A stretch of 23,265 bases of DNA from Elainellaceae cyanobacterium (GTDB lineage: Bacteria; Cyanobacteriota; Cyanobacteriia; CAZCXK01): the NCBI GenBank assembly GCA_051117555.1, contig JBNPEG010000063.1, positions 67,880-91,144 of the forward strand, written 5' to 3'. Within the stretch, counting starts at the first letter, position 1, and the number at the start of each line of letters is the position of its first letter. Of the stretch, positions 17,477-23,265 are shown piece after piece. The notes beneath the pieces are model-generated. The model saw nothing but the letters and a program-made list of their open reading frames with translations. It searched no databases and was not told where the DNA came from. Position numbers and translations under genes: made by a program.

Positions 17477-18796
17477 ATGCAATCTTCGCTGGGCTTGCGG
17501 CGCTGCCGAGCGCTGTTTCGCGTTAGCTTGATAGCGCTTCCCTATCTGTTTTATCCCAGTCTGCTGGGGCTCCTCGTTACCCTTATTGGCGTGCTTGTCG
17601 TTAAAGACCGCAGGCGATCGCTCGATCCCCTCACTCAAGCCAGTCTGATTGGCATCAGCATTCTTCTGGTGATCAGCAGCATGCTTGCCGTGAATCCAGG
17701 TGAAGCTTTCTTGCAGCTCAGCAATTTTCTGCCCTTCTTTTGGCTGTTCGCAACCTTGCCTACCTTAATTGGCACCTTCACTCGCTTAGAGCAGATTGCC
17801 ACTGATTTGGTGATTGCGGCGTTGCCAATTCACATCGTGGCTGCTGCTGAATATGTCCTCAAAGCATCATGGCTTCCCACAGAGCTAAGCCAGTGGTCAG
17901 TGGTCGACGCCATTCGCGCTGCTCCCCACAGGGGACGAGCGATGGTCATGTTTGACCACCCCAATACGTTAGCCAGCTATCTGGTGATTATTTTTGGGCT
18001 AGGGCTAGGACTTACTCTAAAGCGTCTCTTCTATGACAGCCCTCAAGAGAACAAGCCGTCTTTGCTGGGGTTCCGTCGTCCGGTGTCTAACCCACTTCTC
18101 TACCTAGCCACTGGCTTTAATCTATTGGGTTTGTTTGCATCGGGTTCGAGAAATGGATTGCTAGTTGCTATCTCTCAAATCATAGTTTTTGGACTTCTTG
18201 CAAAAGCCAAGCGCGTCATTTTGATTATTGGAACCGTGATGGTTTTTGGCATCATTGCCGGAACCGCCTGGTTGGGTTTGGGGCATCGCCCCCGTGCGAT
18301 TATCAACCTCGCAGACGACCCGCGCATCGGCATCTGGAAGATTGCGCTCGACTTAATTCGAGAACGCCCCTGGTTTGGATGGGGGTTGGGACATTTCAAG
18401 GTGCTCTATCCTCCCCGCCTGATTGACCCTACTTACCAGGAGGTGTTCCACCCGCACAATATCTGGTTGCTGCTCGGATCTGAAGCCGGATTGCTTGTGA
18501 TGATCCTGCTTACGGTGATGGTAGGCTACATTCTCTATCGAGGGATTCGTCTGCTGCGATCGCCCCGTCTCCCCCTCTCAGCCCACTGGATCATGATTGC
18601 CTATTTCCTAGCATTTGGGGGATGCGTGGTATTTGCCCTGTTTGATGTCACGTTTTACGACGCTCGCGTGAATGTGCTAAATTGGCTTGCTCTAGCCGGG
18701 ATCTATACACCCACCATCGTGGGCAATCAAGGGAACCATCGAGCGGGCAATCAGCTAGGTAAGCGATCGCCATCCACCCATTCCGAGCTTGATTGA
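17477..18796 (+). CDS. O-antigen ligase (WaaL/Wzy_C) family membrane protein
   Basis: Multiple TM helices with FDHPNTLASYL, SGSRNG, RIGIWKIALDLIRERPWFGWGLG and HPHNIWL. ATG at 17477 follows the wbaP stop by 10 nt. Confidence 0.85.
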   Translation: MQSSLGLRRCRALFRVSLIALPYLFYPSLLGLLVTLIGVLVVKDRRRSLDPLTQASLIGISILLVISSMLAVNPGEAFLQLSNFLPFFWLFATLPTLIGTFTRLEQIATDLVIAALPIHIVAAAEYVLKASWLPTELSQWSVVDAIRAAPHRGRAMVMFDHPNTLASYLVIIFGLGLGLTLKRLFYDSPQENKPSLLGFRRPVSNPLLYLATGFNLLGLFASGSRNGLLVAISQIIVFGLLAKAKRVILIIGTVMVFGIIAGTAWLGLGHRPRAIINLADDPRIGIWKIALDLIRERPWFGWGLGHFKVLYPPRLIDPTYQEVFHPHNIWLLLGSEAGLLVMILLTVMVGYILYRGIRLLRSPRLPLSAHWIMIAYFLAFGGCVVFALFDVTFYDARVNVLNWLALAGIYTPTIVGNQGNHRAGNQLGKRSPSTHSELD

Positions 18797-18840
18797 TGAG
18801 AATGGTTCAAATACTTAGCAAACGTGGCAACACAAACGGC

Positions 18841-19125
18841 TTAATAGTTGTAGCGTTCTTCAAGATAGATTCGAACTTCATCTTCTGAGCTCAGTGTCCA
18901 CGAACGATCTGTCATCGGATCAAATACATGCCAATATTGATTACCGTGGCGATCGCGCGTTGCCCATATGCGTGGCTCGTCCCGATTCTCAAATGAATTT
19001 ATCAGAGTTTTCCAACCGTGGCGAAATGCCGATCCTAACTCCGCAAATTTTTTGAAAATATAGCGATCAAAATGTGGCCGGGAATTGGCATTTGTTTTTT
19101 TCAAAAATTGGGTTGAGCTTTTCAT
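18841..19125 (-). CDS. Small conserved-type cyanobacterial hypothetical protein
   Basis: ATG-started 94-aa ORF. The C-terminus EPRIW...RHGNQYWHVFDPMTDRSWTLSSEDEVRIYLEERY resembles a cyanobacterial hypothetical family as I recall it; this was not searched. Confidence 0.7.
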   Translation of the reverse strand: MKSSTQFLKKTNANSRPHFDRYIFKKFAELGSAFRHGWKTLINSFENRDEPRIWATRDRHGNQYWHVFDPMTDRSWTLSSEDEVRIYLEERYNY

Positions 19126-19371
19126 CTTTTTAACCTTTTAATTCATTTTAATGCGGGCTTAATCACCCTCGATTCCAATCTAGCCAGTTCATCCAAGTTA
19201 TTCAAACCATAGGTTTCATGAATTCTATGAATAGAACTCATAGATGAGTGATACAACCCATCAGCGCTTTCTAGGAATGCAGAACCATGACACGAATTCC
19301 TCAATCAAATCGACTTTCATAGACCTGCTTAATGGCTTGAATCAAGAGGAGGCTTTTAGGTCCAGAAATGG

Positions 19372-19626
19372 TTATCTCTCTGGTGGGTCTGCATCGGTCA
19401 AGGTATATAAAATGTCTCGAATTAAATCGACCGTATCTGCATCTGATGCCCATTCTCGATGAGGGTTTTGACGAAAACAGGTCTGGATAGACGGCAGGGT
19501 GTCGAAAGCGGGATATTGGGGAGAATCTATGTGGATCAAGAAGATTGTCAGCGGTGGGGCTGATGGGCGAATGCGCTGCTGTTCATTCACCTTGCATAGT
19601 TCTTCAAGGATGGCGGGGTGCTGCAT
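19372..19626 (-). CDS. Possible small hypothetical protein or gene remnant
   Basis: 84-aa ATG-started ORF with no recognisable motif. The frame stays open upstream to the MITE boundary at 19677. Confidence 0.3.
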   Translation of the reverse strand: MQHPAILEELCKVNEQQRIRPSAPPLTIFLIHIDSPQYPAFDTLPSIQTCFRQNPHREWASDADTVDLIRDILYTLTDADPPER

Positions 19627-19677
19627 CGCGCTGGCTAGGAGAAACAGGCAATAGTCTAGCTGAGCCTGCGATTCTAA

Positions 19678-19938
19678 GAGGATGTTTGAAAAGTCTTGTT
19701 CCTTGTTGCCTTGGCGACTAAAGTTCTCTTGACAGAGACGCTTTCCTTCGGAACGCTACGCGAACGCGTTACATGTCGCTTGCGAAACGCAGGCTACACG
19801 GACAAAACCTGCCTCCGCAGGTTCTAAACTCGTGGTTTTGCTAGAGTCCGCGTAGGCGGACTTTATTTGTGTAGGCGCGGTTTACTCTTCGAGAAGCCGC
19901 AAGCGTCTATAACCGCCAGACCCTTTTCAAACATCCTC
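19678..19938. mobile_element. 261-bp MITE with 16-bp perfect TIRs and a TAA target duplication
   Basis: gaggatgtttgaaaag (19678-19693) and cttttcaaacatcctc (19923-19938), with TAA at 19675-19677 and 19939-19941. Internal palindromes aacctgc..gcaggtt and agtccgc..gcggact. No transposase ORF. Confidence 0.85.
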
Positions 19939-20018
19939 TAATATTGAATCTGAACTTGAATCGGATCTTATGTTGATTTTCTTAAACTAAAAGAAGAACT
20001 GATGCTCAGATAACCGCT

Positions 20019-20678
20019 ATGACGCTTCAACCTGCCCAACGAACTAAGTTAGACGAATCAGATGACGCCCTATTCTACAGCTACCCCCGATTTGTCACTC
20101 ATGTGGATGAGGGATTTATTCAACACCTCGTCGAACTATATCGGGAACGGCTCAAACCCCACACGCGAGTTTTTGACATGATGAGCAGTTGGGTTTCGCA
20201 TCTGCCCGACGATGTAGAATTTGAACATGTTGAAGGGCATGGAATGAATGAAGAGGAGCTTGCCCGCAATCCCCAACTGGATCACTATTTTGTCCAAAAT
20301 TTAAATCAAAATCCGATTTTTCCACTAGCCGATCAATCATTTGACGCAGTGTTGAATACGGTATCGATTCAATATTTGCAGCACCCTGATCGAATCTTTG
20401 CAGAAATCTATCGCATTCTAAAGCCGGGCGGAATCGCAATCATTAGCTTCTCAAATCGGATGTTTTACCAGAAGGCAATTCAAGCATGGCGCGACGGGTC
20501 TGAACGCGACCGAGCCGAATTGGTCAAACGCTATTTCAGCACCGTTTCTGGCTTTAGCACCCCCGAAGTGATTATCCGTCAGCCATCGGTTCCTAGTTTC
20601 TTACAATATCTCGGTATACCGGGAGGCGATCCGTTTTATGCGGTGATCGCCTATCGAACTGCCCCTTCAGCGATTTGA
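20019..20678 (+). CDS. Class I SAM-dependent methyltransferase (Methyltransf_11-like)
   Basis: DDALFYSYPRFVTHVD, FDMMSSWVSHLP, GHGMNEEEL, SFDAVLNTVSIQYL and RILKPGG..IISFSNR. Confidence 0.88.
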   Translation: MTLQPAQRTKLDESDDALFYSYPRFVTHVDEGFIQHLVELYRERLKPHTRVFDMMSSWVSHLPDDVEFEHVEGHGMNEEELARNPQLDHYFVQNLNQNPIFPLADQSFDAVLNTVSIQYLQHPDRIFAEIYRILKPGGIAIISFSNRMFYQKAIQAWRDGSERDRAELVKRYFSTVSGFSTPEVIIRQPSVPSFLQYLGIPGGDPFYAVIAYRTAPSAI

Positions 20679-20749
20679 CGGTGATCTCAAAGACAATGAT
20701 GGGTTGATATCCAAGCAATCCTGGGAATACGTGATCGAGATCACGGAAA

Positions 20750-20767
20750 TTTGTGAAGAAATGTAAA
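20750..20767 (-). promoter_or_regulatory. Candidate HLR1 (RpaB-binding) element upstream of hli
   Basis: The minus strand reads TTTACATT-tc-TTCACAAA, matching the (G/T)TTACA(T/A)(T/A)-N2 direct repeat with one mismatch. It lies 37 bp upstream of the hli ATG. Confidence 0.6.
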
Positions 20768-20804
20768 TAATTGAGAGTAAGCCGCTAGCTAGAGGATTCA
20801 AATC

Positions 20805-20948
20805 ATGGAAAACCAAGAACCAAAATTTGGCTTCACCGAATTTGCAGAGACATGGAATGGCCGATTGGCAATGATTGGCTTTGTGCTAGCCATCATCGGT
20901 GAACTCGTCACTGGGCAGGGGTTGTTAGCGCAAATGGGGATTTTGTAA
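20805..20948 (+). CDS. hli: High-light-inducible protein (Hli/Scp, one-helix CAB-like), 47 aa, absent from the ORF track
   Basis: Translated by hand as MENQEPKFGFTEFAETWNGRLAMIGFVLAIIGELVTGQGLLAQMGIL*, which contains the ExxNGRxAM chlorophyll-binding motif. An AGAGGA RBS lies upstream. Confidence 0.95.
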   Translation: MENQEPKFGFTEFAETWNGRLAMIGFVLAIIGELVTGQGLLAQMGIL

Positions 20949-21019
20949 ATCGGAAGCGCGTGAATTATCTGATGCCAGATATGACGCTGCCGTTCCTCTT
21001 TTATTGGTTTGATTGAATG

Positions 21020-21047
21020 AGGTATCCCACCAGGGATACTTTTTTTT
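21020..21047 (+). terminator. Rho-independent terminator downstream of hli
   Basis: Stem gtatccc-acca-gggatac followed by eight T. Confidence 0.75.
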
Positions 21048-21114
21048 GGAATGTAGCGGTGTACTTGACGCAATTGCAAATTGCTATAAGCGAAGGCAAA
21101 GCCTGAATATTCGC

Positions 21115-21429
21115 TTATGGAGAGTTTACCGGATGATGAAACTGATACTTCAACCGCAAGTGCTCTTCAATGGCGATCGCCTCGTTAATGCCTGAAATAA
21201 CCTCTGGATGGGCTGCAACATATTGGTCTATCTCATCAGGGGTTGGCACATTGGTTTGATAAGGAACGCCCCGATACTTGAGATTAAGGCTAGACTGCGG
21301 AACGTTTTTAGCGTGCCAGTCTTGAATAGTGTAAGACACACCTCGATATGTTGCGGCAGTTTTAGAATCGTGTCTCTCAACTAATGGAGGAGTATAGTCG
21401 TAAGACACACCACGATATTTAAGTTTCAT
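21115..21429 (-). CDS. DUF4278 domain protein
   Basis: MKLKYRGVSY...ATYRGVSY...LKYRGVPY repeats. A GAGGTGG RBS-like sequence precedes the ATG at 21429. Confidence 0.85.
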   Translation of the reverse strand: MKLKYRGVSYDYTPPLVERHDSKTAATYRGVSYTIQDWHAKNVPQSSLNLKYRGVPYQTNVPTPDEIDQYVAAHPEVISGINEAIAIEEHLRLKYQFHHPVNSP

Positions 21430-21491
21430 AAAAACCACCTCACCTATGGGTGTAGCCAGTTTGATTCCATTTATTGACTGGAGAGAGCCTG

Positions 21492-21524
21492 ACAGTTATC
21501 AAACAGTTATCAAACAGTTATTAA
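21492..21524. repeat. 11-bp tandem repeat, three copies
   Basis: acagttatcaa acagttatcaa acagttattaa. Confidence 0.85.
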
Positions 21525-21631
21525 TCTGATATTGATCTGACATGCCTAATCTGACAACAAAATGCAGTGAATCAGCGTCAGCAACTGTCAGCCGTTTAGA
21601 CCAGATTCATTTAGCAGCGATGAGAGTAAGT

Positions 21632-21696
21632 TCTAGTTGAAGCGTCTAGTTCAAATATCTACTTCAACGATGAATCTGGGCTTCAACGATGAATCT
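21632..21696. repeat. Degenerate 13-bp tandem repeat running into a 16-bp direct repeat
   Basis: tctagttgaagcg / tctagttcaaata / tctacttcaacga, then cttcaacgatgaatct at 21662-21677 and 21681-21696. Confidence 0.7.
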
Positions 21697-21843
21697 TGAT
21701 CGTCTTGCTTTTCATCTTCTCCTACTTCTATTTTAAGACAAGATTACTTTTGCGCTCCGTTCTCAAGATCTCTCTCTTTCTAACGTTTCTAGAATCAATG
21801 GGTATCCCTCATTCTTAAATCAGAACTATCTAGAGAAAGCACC

Positions 21844-22638
21844 ATGGATCTACAACTCGCAGACAAGACTGCTCTCGTCTCAGGTTCAACGGCTGGCATC
21901 GGCTATGCGATCGCCGCCCGGTTAGCAACAGAAGGGGCATCTGTCATTATCAATGGTCGTGCCCAAGAGCGAGTCGATGGAGCTATCTCTCAAATTCAAT
22001 CTGATGGAATATCGGGCAAACTGATGGGCATTGCAGCAGATCTGAGCACAGCCGACGGCGTAACGCAAGTCGTTCAGCGCTATCCACAGGTCGACATCCT
22101 AGTCAATAATCTCGGTATTTTTGAGCCTAAGCCGTTTGAGCAAATTGCGGACGATGACTGGGAAATGATGTTTCAAGTCAATGTGATGAGCGGTGTGCGT
22201 TTGTCGCGGGCGTATTTGCCAGGGATGCGCGATCGCAACTGGGGGCGAATTATTTTTATCTCCAGCGAGTCAGCGGTTCACATTCCGGAAGAGATGATTC
22301 ACTACGGCATGACCAAAACGGCTCAAATTGCGATCGCACGAGGCATTGCAGAAACCACGGCGGGCACAGGCATCACTGTAAACTCCATTCTTGGAGGACC
22401 GACAATGTCTGAAGGTGTGCACGAGTTTGTAGAAAAGATGGCCGATTCTCAGGATAAACAGATGGAAACGGTAAAAGACGAATTCTTTCAAACAGCCCGT
22501 CCATCATCGTTACTTCAGCGATTCATTGAGCCTGACGAAGTTGCTAATCTCGTTGCCTATGTTGCCAGTCCACTATCATCGGCCACCAACGGTGCCCCCT
22601 TACGCGTTGACGGCGGGGTGGTGAGAGCTGCTCTGTAG
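21844..22638 (+). CDS. Short-chain dehydrogenase/reductase (SDR) family oxidoreductase
   Basis: SGSTAGIG (GxxxGxG), DILVNNLG, catalytic YGMTK (YxxxK) and LRVDGG. Confidence 0.92.
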   Translation: MDLQLADKTALVSGSTAGIGYAIAARLATEGASVIINGRAQERVDGAISQIQSDGISGKLMGIAADLSTADGVTQVVQRYPQVDILVNNLGIFEPKPFEQIADDDWEMMFQVNVMSGVRLSRAYLPGMRDRNWGRIIFISSESAVHIPEEMIHYGMTKTAQIAIARGIAETTAGTGITVNSILGGPTMSEGVHEFVEKMADSQDKQMETVKDEFFQTARPSSLLQRFIEPDEVANLVAYVASPLSSATNGAPLRVDGGVVRAAL

Positions 22639-22917
22639 GTCGCCAGGGGATAGCACACGTCTATTGGGGTGAATGAGAGTGCTGCTCACTCCGATCGCAT
22701 TAGGATGGTATACCCTCAACGCTATGACTCAGCGCGGGAATAAGCAGACTACTCATATACAAGTAGAGAAACATCCAAACTGCTTTCCTGGAGCGATCGC
22801 CCTCTATTTACAAGGTAGGCAATGCCAGCAAGCAGTCTATCAAGGATTGCAATCCCGTCCATAGAGAGACGTAATTCTTTCCCTAACTCGATAAGGTCAA
22901 ACATGGAGTTATGAGAT

Positions 22918-23208
22918 ATGGCTATGGCGGGAGAATCTAAAACAACAACGGATCACAAGATAATCAAACAGTGGGTCGAATCGCGGGGTGGATACCCGGC
23001 AACCGTCAAAGCCACCGGGGATACCGACGATCCTGGGGTGTTGCAGATTGATTTCCCAGAATATGGTGATGAAGAGTCGCTAGAGCGCATTCACTGGGAT
23101 GCTTTCTTTGAAAAATTTGAAGACAAGCAGCTTGCATTTCTCTACCAAGATCAACTCAGCAGTGGTGAAGAAAGCCGATTTTTCAAATTTATTAGCCGAA
23201 ATGACTAA
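22918..23208 (+). CDS. Small acidic conserved hypothetical protein
   Basis: TTTDHKIIKQWVESRGGYPATV...GVLQIDFP...WDAFFEKFE..LAFLYQ...SRFFKFISR. A GGAG RBS-like sequence lies upstream. The start is 22918 or 22924. Confidence 0.8.
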   Translation: MAMAGESKTTTDHKIIKQWVESRGGYPATVKATGDTDDPGVLQIDFPEYGDEESLERIHWDAFFEKFEDKQLAFLYQDQLSSGEESRFFKFISRND

Positions 23209-23265
23209 ATCGCTCTGTATGTGTTGTCGATTTTGTTGCAATTCGTTCCCATTCAACGAATGCGG

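Larger units (their letters stand above)
1814..22800. repeat. Dispersed HIP1 octamers (GCGATCGC)
   Basis: Roughly 30 copies seen by eye (for example near 1814, 1840, 2280, 3173, 4800, 9300, 13700, 16440 and 22793), far above chance and characteristic of many cyanobacteria. Confidence 0.9.

Noticed and set aside
19244..19462. 72-aa plus-strand ORF as a LysR remnant
   Set aside because: It has no helix-turn-helix or LysR-like residues and overlaps another weak ORF on the opposite strand.
20798..21079. 93-aa minus-strand ORF
   Set aside because: It is antisense to the hli gene and its terminator; the hli reading is far better supported.
21430..21843. Glutamine (glnA-type) riboswitch, which often precedes DUF4278 genes
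   Set aside because: Only a GAAGTAGG fragment is seen on the minus strand near 21721-21728. The flanking conserved pairing segments could not be found by eye. An Rfam scan would settle it.

Overview
A 23.3-kb cyanobacterial chromosomal window. The HIP1 octamer GCGATCGC occurs roughly 30 times by eye, and an hli gene and a DUF4278 gene are present. In order it holds: the 3' part of a Pro-repeat/right-handed beta-helix protein gene; clpB; an ArsC/Spx-like gene; a DUF2237 gene; a Rieske non-heme iron oxygenase with a candidate NtcA box; a ~12-kb divergent glycan locus; small hypothetical genes; a SAM methyltransferase; an hli gene missed by the ORF track; a DUF4278 gene; an SDR oxidoreductase; and a small hypothetical gene. 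The glycan locus has a minus arm (wzm, wzt, GT4 and two paralogous multidomain sulfotransferases) and a plus arm (GT4, wbaP-type phosphoglycosyl transferase and an O-antigen ligase-family gene). It is the best candidate for an undescribed system: a sulfated, ABC-transporter-exported glycan that is ligated to an acceptor. The intergenic DNA carries several miniature inverted-repeat elements. One is a nested insertion (REP pair, inside a MITE, inside a hairpin element) that supplies the stop codon of one sulfotransferase. All calls come from reading motifs by eye; no database searches were run.
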